DNA of 64,000 bases from Picochlorum sp. SENEW3 (taxonomy: Eukaryota): the NCBI GenBank assembly GCA_034226945.1, contig CP120455.1:1116001-1180000 (forward strand), given 5' to 3'. The notes beneath the pieces were generated by a model, which saw only the letters and a program-made list of their open reading frames with translations, made no database searches and had not been told where the DNA came from. This document shows, piece after piece, positions 1 to 10,365 of this stretch (position 1 is the first letter of the stretch; each line of letters starts with the position of its first letter). The position numbers and the translations under genes are program-made.

Positions 1-633
1 CATATTCCTTCCATTGCCGATGATGTACTTCATCTTGCCTGCTTTTGCTTTGGACACAATGGTGGGAACCGTCAACTGATCATACTCGCCAAAAATACCA
101 GATGGCCTCAACGCACACGTCAGTACACCACCCTTTCCATTCGCATCCAAGATGAGTTTCTCTCCTTCAATCTTGGTGATTGTGTAAAAATCAAGAGGCT
201 TGGCAGCGTATGGGATGTCCTCATCGACAAGGAAAAGATCCTTTCCATCAAACACTACTGATGCTGATGATGTATACACCAAAGCCTTTACCCCGTGCTT
301 GACGCACGCATCAATCACATGCCGCGTGCCATCTACATTCACGCTCTGCATCAACTGATGATTGTACGCATTTGATCCAGTTGGTGCTGCCGTTGCTGTG
401 TGCATCACCACACTGGCTCCTTCAATTCCCCCATCTACATCCTCTGGCTTTCTCAAATCGCATTCAATATATTTGACACCTGCAACACGATCTTTTGCAT
501 CTGGTATTCTAATATCCATGACCCGAACATCATAGGTTCCACTCCCTTGAAGCAACTCCACAATATGCCTCCCAAGGAACCCAGCACCGCCGGTCACAAC
601 AGCGCATTCCTTGGTAGTCCTCGTCTTCACCAT
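1..633 (-). CDS. 3-beta-hydroxysteroid dehydrogenase/C4-decarboxylase (NSDHL/ERG26-like), 3' end runs off window
   Basis: Manual translation from ATG 633: MVKTRTTKECAVVTGGAGFLGRHIV...NVDGTRHVIDAC..VKALVYTSSASVVFDG...YTITK..GEKLIL..CALRPSGIFG. Extended-SDR TGxxGxxG and YxxxK motifs. Confidence 0.9.
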   Translation of the reverse strand, partial: MVKTRTTKECAVVTGGAGFLGRHIVELLQGSGTYDVRVMDIRIPDAKDRVAGVKYIECDLRKPEDVDGGIEGASVVMHTATAAPTGSNAYNHQLMQSVNVDGTRHVIDACVKHGVKALVYTSSASVVFDGKDLFLVDEDIPYAAKPLDFYTITKIEGEKLILDANGKGGVLTCALRPSGIFGEYDQLTVPTIVSKAKAGKMKYIIGNGRNM

Positions 634-683
634 TGATTAAATATGTGTAATTTAAACTCAAAAATCAAGCACAGTGAATCGTC

Positions 684-905
684 TTAACGCTGCTTTCTAC
701 GCTCACTCAACTTTTGATCCACGTCTTCGAACGAATGCGATTCTTCCACTGGAGGATATTTAACGTATTGTTTCCTATCAATCACGTTTGTCTGAAATGT
801 ATCTTTTTTAAATATAACCCAGCCTGTCAAGGAAATTGGAATCGCCAGATACACTGCAAATTTAAACACCTCTAGTGGCCCCTTCTTTCGAACTATTCCA
901 TTCAT
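684..905 (-). CDS. PET100: PET100-like cytochrome c oxidase assembly factor (73 aa)
   Basis: KGPLEVFKFAVYLAIP...YVKYPP..E matches the plant/algal PET100 pattern (LEIxKFxxYVxVP...YVVYP). Single TM segment and basic tail. Confidence 0.7.
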   Translation of the reverse strand: MNGIVRKKGPLEVFKFAVYLAIPISLTGWVIFKKDTFQTNVIDRKQYVKYPPVEESHSFEDVDQKLSERRKQR

Positions 906-1375
906 TCGATTTCTCTGTCAAATCAATTTCTGATCTTATTATAATTATTTGTCTTTCTTTCAAATAGTCATGCTCACATTACATTGATGACCGAGTTTCC
1001 ACGAGCAGGATCCTGCCCAATCGGTTCTTACACAGTGCCTGTGACAGGCCCCATATAGGGTGGATCAATCTTCCAGGTCCTGAGCCTTCATCAATTAATG
1101 ACATGTTTAGAGTCACTTAAATTTATAAATCTAGATATATTGACATGAGAAAATGCTAGACTTGCAAAAATATATGCAGCACGGTAAAAGAAATATATCT
1201 GTTCAAGAATGCCTCTGTAGTTCTCAGATCTTCTTGTGCGGGGGCAATGCAGACAGTATTTAGCATCACTGCAAGTGATGCAACAGGCTGTTGAGATCTC
1301 TGTTGTCTTTAAGCATGGCGCTAAGAGGACATTGTTTGCTTTACTCAAGCACGACTTTAAAATTTTTCATTGCCT

Positions 1376-4300
1376 TTAAGCAACCTGGGTGGTACTGAGC
1401 GATACTGTGTCAAGCGTGCCAATCCATCCCTTCTGTCCAATACCAGGTGATGAATTATCGGCAGGTACTCCATTTCCAATATCTTTGCATGCCTGCATGG
1501 TGGCACGTCTGGTGACCACACCGAAATAATTTGCCTGGTACAAATCCTCCCATGGTTTGAAAACATTTGCATACATGTAATTCTCAGCATCTGTGAATGT
1601 TGGAGAGGTTGCCTCCGTCTTATCAAATGGCCAATTATTAGTGGCAAAATCACTGCAATCGCTTTTCTGGTTGGACTTAAAGTAAAGCCTCACGTGAATT
1701 CCTACACCAGCAGCTGAATTATCAATAGCTTTGACTTCCATCGTGATGTCTTTGGTTGTCAGAGATTCAGAGGTGGCCCAGTTCTTAAATGCCTTGACCA
1801 CATGAACACCTACATTGCTCATTGAATTTGAGGTGTCACCTGAATATGACGTTTTTGTGAATGCTGAGAGTGAAACAATCACTTGGATTCCAACATTGTT
1901 GTCTGGGCAATTGTTGCTCTGGCACAGAACTGGGTTATCATCTTCCTCGCACAGTGGGTTTGTACCCACACTAATACTATTTGGTGGCGAGACAGCGCCA
2001 GGATTATAATAAGCCAACTGATTTGTGCACACGGAAGATGTCGGAGGCTTCCACTTGTGACATTTAGATTTGTAGTTTGTCACCATTCGAATGGAGGTGT
2101 ATCCAAAAGTGTTTCGGTCAAACAGCGAGTCCATTGGACTGAAAGTTTTTCCTGAGGGCGGCTGGACAGCCATTAGAGTATCCCTGACGTACTTCGTGTA
2201 GTCAATGCAGTCCTGTTGACTGTTAAACCACACTCTGAATTTGGCGCCAGCCCCATGCTGAGAATTATCAACGTTGAAAATCCTCATGCACACAGGGCCC
2301 AGAGCTTTGGTTGACCCTCCGTATGACCTTGATGTTGTAATACTGTTGCTCAAACTTTGGAAAGCCTTTCCTTGGATGGCAAGGGTGCTGTCAAACTCGA
2401 ACTTATCCCATCCCTCAAAGTTTAAAATTATTTGAGCTGCTACCCTACCAGTATTTGCACCAATCTTGTCTGGGAACTCATTCACACTATCACATGATGA
2501 GTAGGGTGGCTCAGGAAGCTTTTCAGCAGCCAGCGCTGGCTCGTTTGGATCTTGACCGTCCACATATATGAATGTCTGAATTCCAGGCTCGAGGAGCATT
2601 GCTGATGTCCCAGAGGGAGAAGTTGTGTACGTCACTCCTGACGAGCAGAGAGAGGTGCAGGAATTAAGTGTGACTCGTACATAACATGTGTATGCATTGC
2701 CTGGGCTCAAGTCAGTCACAATCCCACTTGTCACTGACAAGCTATAGTTCCCGCTACCAATCTTCGCAGCACCACAGGAATCTCCAGCTGACACACAGAA
2801 GAGGTCGTATGTCGGACTGCTTCCAGACACCGCAGTCCATGACAATTCCAAGGTGGTATCTGTAGCGCCATTCACAGTGAGTCCGGTTGGACTGTCAGGC
2901 GGACTACATGGCACCTCAGTCAGCGATGGCGAGCAGGAGGAAGTGCCGCAGCTGTTCAGTGCCTGCACATAGCACGAGTACGAGGTCCCATCCGTCAGGC
3001 CTGTCACTGTTCCACTCGTTCCTACCACACCTGTGCCACCACTGCCTAGCTTGGAATCACTGCACGCTCCCCCAGAAGCCACGCAAAAGAAGTCGTACGA
3101 ATCTGCACCCCCAACAGATGACCACGCCAAGGTGAGGCTCGTTGCAGACGCCACCGTCAGGCTGCTCAACGTTGGTTGGGATGGCAGACTGCATGGTGGT
3201 GGTGGACTTGGTGGTGGTGGACTTGGTGGTGGTGGACTTGGTGGTGGTGGACTTGGTGGTGGCGGACTGGGTGGTGGTGGACTTGCTTCTGGAGGTGGCG
3301 GACTGGGTGGTGGTGGACTTGCTTGTGGAGGTGGTGGACTTGGTGGAGGCGGACTGGGTGGTGGTGGACTTGCTTCTGGAGGTGGTGGACTTGGTGGAGG
3401 TGGACTTGCTTCTGGTGGAGGGGGACTGGGTGGTGGTGGACTTGGTGGTGGCGGACTTGCTTCTGGAGGTGGTGGACTTGGTGGAGGCGGACTGGGTGGA
3501 GGTGGACTTGCTTCTGGTGGAGGGGGACTGGGTGGTGGTGGACTTGGTGGTGGCGGACTGGGTGGTGGTGGACTTGCTTCTGGAGGTGGCGGACTGGGTG
3601 GTGGTGGACTTGCTTGTGGAGGTGGTGGACTTGGTGGAGGGGGACTTGGTGGTGGCGGACTGGGTGGTGGTGGACTTGCTTCTGGTGGAGGGGGACTGGG
3701 TGGTGGTGGACTTGCTTCTGGAGGTGGTGGACTGGGTGGTGGTGGACTTGCTTCTGGAGGTGGTGGACTGGGTGGTGGTGGACTTGCTTCTGGTGGAGGG
3801 GGACTGGGTGGTGGTGGACTTGGTGGTGGCGGACTTGCTTCTGGAGGTGGTGGACTTGGTGGAGGCGGACTGGGTGGAGGTGGACTTGCTTCTGGTGGAG
3901 GGGGACTGGGTGGTGGTGGACTTGGTGGTGGCGGACTTGCTTCTGGAGGTGGTGGACTTGGTGGAGGCGGACTGGGTGGAGGTGGACTTGCTTCTGGTGG
4001 AGGGGGACTGGGTGGTGGTGGACTTGGTGGTGGCGGACTTGCTTCTGGAGGTGGTGGACTTGGTGGAGGCGGACTGGGTGGAGGTGGACTTGCTTCTGGT
4101 GGAGGGGGACTTGGTGGTGGCGGACTTGCTTCTGGAGGTGGTGGACTTGGTGGAGGTGGACTTGCTTCTGGTGGAGGTGGACTTGCTTCTGGTGGAGGGG
4201 GACTTGGTGGTGGCGGACTTGCTTCTGGAGGTGGTGGACTTGGTGGAGGTGGACTTGCTTCTGGTGGAGGGGGACTGGGTGGTGGTGGACTTGGTGGTGG

Positions 4301-6078
4301 CGGACTTGCTTCTGGAGGTGGTGGACTTGGTGGAGGCGGACTGGGTGGAGGTGGACTTGCTTCTGGTGGAGGGGGACTGGGTGGTGGTGGACTTGCTTCT
4401 GGTGGAGGGGGACTTGGTGGTGGTGGACTTGCTTGTGGAGGTGGTGGACTTGGTGGAGGCGGACTGGGTGGTGGTGGACTTGCTTCTGGAGGTGGTGGAC
4501 TGGGTGGTGGTGGACTTGCTTCTGGAGGTGGCGGTGGAACAGGTGATGGAACAGGTGAAGGTACGGGCAATGGAACAGGTGATGGAACAGGTGATGGAAC
4601 AGGTGATGGAACAGGTGATGGAACAGGTGATGGAACAGGTGAAGGATCAGGTGATGGAACAGGTGAAGCAATGGGAGCGTTCGCAGAGGTCTGCGATGCG
4701 CCGATAACCTCAAGATATTGCTCCACCGTCTCGGGAGTATCAGGTTCTTCAACAGACGTAGGAACAGGAAGAGGGTCTCCAGTTCCGTCGCTGCCCTGTA
4801 TCCCAAAAGTGTATACTTTGTCTTTTGGCAATATGTATGGTTCCTCTGTGAATGAACATGTTTGGAATGATTCTCCTTCAAGCTGTCGAAGGAGTCTCGA
4901 GAGCCTTCTGGAAGTATCCGTGGTATTCCTATTTACTGATTCGCATGGGCAGATAACATCTGGAGTTCCATTGTTGTCGTAAGCTATTGATGACAAATTG
5001 TAAGGGGGCTTTCCTGCAACAGGCTCTTGCACCACAACGACCGCTCTGTTGTTTTCTTTATCATAATCGATGGCCATAATTTTAGGTGCAGCTTTTTCTA
5101 GATCCTCTTTCGGCTTTTCCGCACAGATTCGTGGAATAAGGGTTCCTCCTTCAACATGAACATATCCTAGCCTCATTGACCGGGGAAAGAGCTCCCTCTG
5201 AGAAACTTTCCTGCGTCCAATTTTGTAAATCAACTCTTGGAGCTTCTTCAAAGAGGACTTTGAGGGGCCTTGTACGCTCAAGTTGATCACAGGTTTGCTC
5301 TTGTAATCTCCAACCCGTGCATCGTTGTCAACAAACCAATCAAAGTCTATCATAGCCTTTTGCCCTGCCTTTGTCAGGTGACTTTCCAAGCATTTCACCA
5401 ATTTCTTCCCATACCTGATTGCATTGTATTTCGTTGGCTTTCGATCTTGTAGAGCTAACGAAGCATGCAACGTGGGAATCAGTCCAGGAACAGAATCTGA
5501 AGGGTCAGTGCCATTGCGAAGTACAAGGCAGGACTTGGTGAACCCTTCGATATGCACAGCTCCGAAAAAGCGATCCTGGAAGACACGTCCGAGGTCATTC
5601 TTGAGATCCTCCTCAATAAAGTCCTGTATTACGGCATCAGTTGTGTTCCCAAGCCACGTGATACTAGTATGCACAGCAGTTCCTGTATCTTCCCCCTGGA
5701 GGCCTAGTATTCGGATGTCCACCTCGCCCGGAAGACCACGCCTCAGCAGCGCCATATATCCCTTCGACATTCGTTTAAATGCTTTAGGTTTATACTTTGG
5801 GATGGTAATGCTGGCAAATATGTTCCTGTAGAGACGGGCAGTTCCAATAGTGCTTGCAGCGCGTGATGACACGCCTCTCCGTGACAGAAACTCATCGTAG
5901 AAGTCCAGTTCAATATCATCTCTGTAAAAAGACAGACCTCATACGTCAAATGAATGAAATAGGGCAATTACGTGCATATATTATTAATTGCAGTAACGTA
6001 CTCATCGAGCTCCTCTGAGTTGGCGGGGCCCAGCCCGACGGCAGACAATAAAAGGATACAGATAACTGCTACCCGCAT
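1376..6078 (-). CDS. Secreted hydroxyproline-rich (extensin-like) cell-wall/surface protein with two fibronectin type III domains; 2 exons
   Basis: Exon 1 (6078-6002) encodes signal peptide MRVAVICILLLSAVGLGPANS. GT-AG intron 6001-5922 joins in frame to the 1498-aa ORF. About 450 aa of SPPPP/EASPPPP repeats. FN3 signatures (LxWxxV...Y...GLTDGTSYSCYVQA.N; LSPGNAYTCYV). Confidence 0.88.
3193..4665. repeat. Coding tandem repeat: 15/21-nt units for SPPPP and (E/Q)ASPPPP (3193-4533), then 12-nt units for SPVP (4534-4665)
   Basis: Visible ggtggtggactt / gcttctggaggt / ggaacaggtgat periodicity. Explains the long spurious ORFs in the other frames. Confidence 0.97.
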
Positions 6079-6196
6079 TGAAAAGAATTAAGAAATATCA
6101 TGTTTTTCAATATATATATTTTGATTACACGCGGTGTTCGCGAGATTGATATCAGGCAAGTCTCTCTCTCGCGTCGCAGGGATGACGATGTTAGCG

Positions 6197-6436
6197 TTAC
6201 CTCGAATCAAGTACTTGAACTAGTTCAAACGCTAACGCGCGGGCTGGGCGCCCATGGGACCTTGTTCCCAGAAGTCGAAACATCCAAGGTGTTTGCCGCT
6301 CTCTTGGGGCTTTTGGAGCTTTGGGACACGTCATGTCCTTATACTGACGATTGAAGCTTTTGGAATTGATTTGATAGCTCCACGTCGACGCTGGTTGATA
6401 GGATGTTATTTGATGGTTTTTAAAAGGTGCAATCAT
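6197..6436 (-). CDS. Small ORF with CPxAPxxPR and RxLxF motifs (possible SIAMESE-related/CDK-inhibitor-like peptide)
   Basis: ATG at 6436 with an in-frame stop upstream; TCPKAPKAPRER and RPARALAFE. Motif-level resemblance only. Confidence 0.25.
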   Translation of the reverse strand: MIAPFKNHQITSYQPASTWSYQINSKSFNRQYKDMTCPKAPKAPRERQTPWMFRLLGTRSHGRPARALAFELVQVLDSR

Positions 6437-7586
6437 TCTTTGGGCTTCTGACGAGCCTTCTCACGCGATTGAGATGGTTGAGGATGATATTGAGATATTG
6501 TTGCATGACTCAAATGAAGAAATGAGGGGAGACTGAGCCATCAGAAGGCGAACTGAGTACCACCCATCAAAGTACTCCAGTAGGACTAGGATGGACGGGA
6601 CCGAATCCTAGATTAAGCGATTGTGTGTTCCTTTTAAGGTCTCAAACGCTTTCCCTTAACATTGTACATCGTTTATATTCTCTTTGAAAGTGCATTGCTG
6701 CGTCTAATATGCCCAAAATCAAATTTTGGCACGCGCAAGCATTTGGATGTAATACATTTCTTAAAGGAAATTTACCCATAGACCCTTAAAGCATTCATTC
6801 AGAGTTAGTTAGCAGTACTAGCAGTACCGCCGCTGACATTTCGTAACTTTATGATTTTCCCTCCTTTTCTCATCCTGTAAATATGTATGAATCAGAAAAT
6901 TGGATTCCCGGCTGGGTCAAACACTTAGCTGGAAAGGCAAAAGCTCAACAACAGTCATGAATGCATTCTTCAAGTTTCCGGCCACAGACGTCATCAGCGG
7001 TTCATTGATACGAGTACAGATGAACGTGTATACCCCATCTATGATGAACACAGTGTGCAATTGATTACAATAAATGCAAATTGATACTAGAAGCGGCCGA
7101 GGTCCAAAGATAGACGTGGTTATAACAGGCCGGATGTCGTGACTGCCGGTTGCAGCGAGCCCTTTCCCGTTGTAAATCACCGAAATCCCTTCAACTTTGA
7201 TACTCTATACATTAAAAGCATCAATTTTGCGCGAATTGCACACAAAAGCGCAATATGCTTGACAAACAAGGACAATCGCACGTGCGTTTGAACACCATTC
7301 AAACTCTCCTGGCATTCAATGCACAATGATTGTCATTCAAACGATTTCAAGTGTATTCAAACATGTACTGTTGCAATATCATGTACATCAAGTATATACA
7401 CACTATACATACTATCACTCCCTTTGTTTTTCTTAGTAAAGCAGGGGGCTCGAATTCTCAGTCGTTCAAACGACCGGTACCGGTCCAAAGGCGCCCTTGA
7501 AAGACCTCTCGAATCCAGACATGTCGGAGCGCATTTGTATCGGCATATCGATCCATCAACATATGCACAGAGCAATTGCATTAATC

Positions 7587-8378
7587 ATGTCAGATACTGA
7601 AGAAGTCTTTAAACACGCTGATGTTCAACCCAAGCGGCCACTCGTACGTTGTGACAAAGACACTCCCTGCAGGAACGCACAAGCGCATTGACGAAACCCG
7701 TATCTGTTCACACAGGCATATGTACTAGCTGATGCTTTACGCAACCACACATGGGGATCTTTGAACATGGATGTGAAACGAGCTCATGTTCTGGAGGAAG
7801 CCTTTGACGATCAGGGCCCAGGAAACCCATGGGCTGACACCAGATTTTCAAACACTGGAATGAGATGTAAAGTGATGCGACACCTCAGTGTTGGCCCAGA
7901 GTTCAAGTATCAGAAATTCGGCAAGGAGTGCGTCTCGCAATTGTTTGATTTCGGAATTGGAGCATCGTTTGAAATAGATTCTGCTCGGCTGAGACCAAAA
8001 GCTCGTGTGAGAGTGAGAAACATGGTATCCCTAGGTCTATTTCCATGTCCGAGCATAAAAATACAGAAACGTCTACCCGTGGGAAAGACTGGGTGGTCTG
8101 TTCGGGCGAGTTACTTGTGCGCCTTGTCCGATATCAAGACATTTTACAAACCACCCGCTCGACTGATTGTCATGCTGGATGATGATCAGAATTACGGACT
8201 GCGTCTCAGCCATAGCGGCATCGAACTTGCAGGAAACACATGGCTGTGGGGAGATGACGCACATGTACAGGCATCAGCGCTTGTTCATCTTCCTAGAACG
8301 ATTCCATGGGATCCATCTGATAAGGAAGATAGGGTACGAGTGGAGCCTATGCGGTGTGGATTGAAAATGACATGGTAA
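7587..8378 (+). CDS. Hypothetical beta-strand-rich protein; 2 exons
   Basis: Exon 1 (7587-7643, MSDTEEVFKHADVQPKRPL) and intron 7644-7715 (GTACGT...CACAG) join in frame with the 7761-8378 ORF. Confidence 0.65.
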
Positions 8379-8429
8379 TAGCATGGTCACAAAAAGTATA
8401 CAAAATTGGATGGACATACAAAATTCCAC

Positions 8430-9683
8430 TTATACCCCATACATACATGGGAATAACAAGCCCACAGTGAGCCCTAAAATAGCACCACACATGACCTGAC
8501 GAGGTGTGTGTCCCAAAACTTCCTTGAGCTTTCTCTCACTCACAGGATGTCCTTCTAATAAATCATTCACAACAGCATTCAAAACTTGAGCCTGGAGACC
8601 CGCATGGCGTCGAACACCCATAGCATCATACATGACAATCACACTGAAGCATGTACAGACGGCAAAAAGGGAAGACCCGAGTCCATGATGGATGCCAACA
8701 GCGGTTGTGACCGCAGCGCAGAGCGATGAGTGGGAGGATGGCATTCCTCCAGAGTCAAAAAACGCCCCGACCGAAAAGATTCCAGTCTTGTACCATTTCG
8801 TGAATATTTTGAAAAATTGTGCAAGGAACCATCCCCAAAATCCAACAACAAACACGTAATTGCTGGTAATCTGGTTCCATGCACCTACCACAGCAGGAGG
8901 AAGAGGCAAAAATGGAATTGCACACAGAGCTGTATACATGAGGGGTGTCTTGTTCTTCTTCGCCACCAGCCAAGACAAAACCTTGGTGTTCATCACCCGT
9001 GACATCAACGCCATGAGTTTATCATGTGGGGTTGACATGCCAGCCCCAACAACAGACACGTGGTCTGTTGCCGAGTGCTGCTGCATGGACAAAAGATTCC
9101 TCAACCCCTGCTCATCCGATGCTTTCCTTCTCCTAGCCCTGCTACTTCTATTCTCTGGTAAACCTTCTAACACGCCAACAGTCGACTTTAATATGACTGA
9201 CGCGTCCAACTGCTGCACGTTCCCAGAAGTCTCACTGGGAACAGAGACACAACCGTCAGCACCCACTGCCCACTCTCCATCGGATCGAATAACACCGCAT
9301 CTACGCCTTCTCTGTGTAGTTATGGTATATAATCTCCCTATCAGACTCGTCCCGAGGGCAGGTGTCCCAGATACGGTCGCCTCCGAACAACACCTGGAAC
9401 TACGCCCACTGGACATGGCAGAAGAGACAATCGCCATGGTAAAGATGACAAATAGTACCTTCAAAATACTATAATGACATTTGTCTCCATTCTGATACAG
9501 CCTCTGCTGACTCATGACATGCTTCCCTTGTTGGATGCCTCCTCCCCGAATCCGGATATTCCTGAATGAAGTATCCCCATCACGCCTACCCTTTGACCGA
9601 ATACGATGTTCACAACCAGATTCTCCCCACGGACAGAATGTTTCATGACTGTGTTGGCTGATCCATCCAACCACAGATTCCAT
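8430..9683 (-). CDS. DUF212 / divergent PAP2 (acid phosphatase-vanadium haloperoxidase related) membrane protein with long N-terminal extension
   Basis: GGMPSSHSS, VMYDAMGVRRHAGLQAQVLN and LKEVLGHTPRQV are DUF212 signatures. Start codon uncertain. Confidence 0.85.
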   Translation of the reverse strand: MESVVGWISQHSHETFCPWGESGCEHRIRSKGRRDGDTSFRNIRIRGGGIQQGKHVMSQQRLYQNGDKCHYSILKVLFVIFTMAIVSSAMSSGRSSRCCSEATVSGTPALGTSLIGRLYTITTQRRRRCGVIRSDGEWAVGADGCVSVPSETSGNVQQLDASVILKSTVGVLEGLPENRSSRARRRKASDEQGLRNLLSMQQHSATDHVSVVGAGMSTPHDKLMALMSRVMNTKVLSWLVAKKNKTPLMYTALCAIPFLPLPPAVVGAWNQITSNYVFVVGFWGWFLAQFFKIFTKWYKTGIFSVGAFFDSGGMPSSHSSLCAAVTTAVGIHHGLGSSLFAVCTCFSVIVMYDAMGVRRHAGLQAQVLNAVVNDLLEGHPVSERKLKEVLGHTPRQVMCGAILGLTVGLLFPCMYGV

Positions 9684-9822
9684 ATCAATGTCACTCACCA
9701 CTTGCTAGTACAAATATTGTACAAGATTGGTTTCATCGATCGGCACATTGTATCAGAGAACTTTGAATTAGAACAAACCAGTTTAGTAGCTTTGCTGTAG
9801 CATACGTTTCCATTGTTTCAAG

Positions 9823-10311
9823 ATGAATGCCATAATTGGAGGTAGAAATAACTTCTTAATGAGGTCTACCTTGCATTCGACCACCAAGACACGTGTGGTG
9901 GTACCATTGGTCTGGAGGAGTTCTTCTTCCACTCTGCTGACCAGGGTGAGAGCTGCCCCAGATGAGGAGGATACTCGACAAGAACAAAAAGTACAGCAGG
10001 ATGATGAGCCGGTGTGGGTAAGGCGTGAAAGGGAGAGAGAGCTCATGGCCAAGGAAGGCTCAAAGGATCTCCCATTTGGAGTCTATTTATTATTCTCTGC
10101 CATGGTCGCAATTGCTGCGATCGGATCTATTTTCGAGTATGCGAATAAGAACCCAATTTTTGATGTCATCTATCCGGATTCACCATTCTATGCCCCCATT
10201 CTGGGCGTCTTTGCCATCACTGGGGTGCCCACAGCTGGGTATTTGTTCTACAAGGCCGTGTCTTCAGCAAATGCCGAGGCAGAAAGAATGGATAAGTTAG
10301 ATGGCTACTGA
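9823..10311 (+). CDS. Conserved green-lineage plastid membrane protein of unknown function
   Basis: S/T/R-rich transit-like N-terminus; PFGVYLL.SA..AIAAIGSIFEYANKNP.F...DS..YAP.LG.F..TG.PT...AN.EAE..D..DGY resembles a plant thylakoid protein family. Confidence 0.75.
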   Translation: MNAIIGGRNNFLMRSTLHSTTKTRVVVPLVWRSSSSTLLTRVRAAPDEEDTRQEQKVQQDDEPVWVRRERERELMAKEGSKDLPFGVYLLFSAMVAIAAIGSIFEYANKNPIFDVIYPDSPFYAPILGVFAITGVPTAGYLFYKAVSSANAEAERMDKLDGY

Positions 10312-10365
10312 ATGAAAATTTCATAAATAAATAATAATGTAATTGTATATCGACAAGAAGAAAGA

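Noticed and set aside
983..1095. Hammerhead ribozyme, TPP riboswitch, SECIS or U3 identity for the structured island
   Set aside because: Required cores are absent (CUGANGA with GAAA, CUGAGA with ACCUGAU, AUGA/AA/GA stem, U3 boxes), and no neighbouring gene has an in-frame UGA.
3193..4665. CRISPR-like or telomeric array
   Set aside because: No unique spacers; the units are in-frame codons of the extensin gene.
3033..4982. Long poly-Gly, poly-Val, poly-Trp and poly-His ORFs
   Set aside because: Antisense or alternate-frame shadows of the SPPPP repeat, which lacks stops in most frames.
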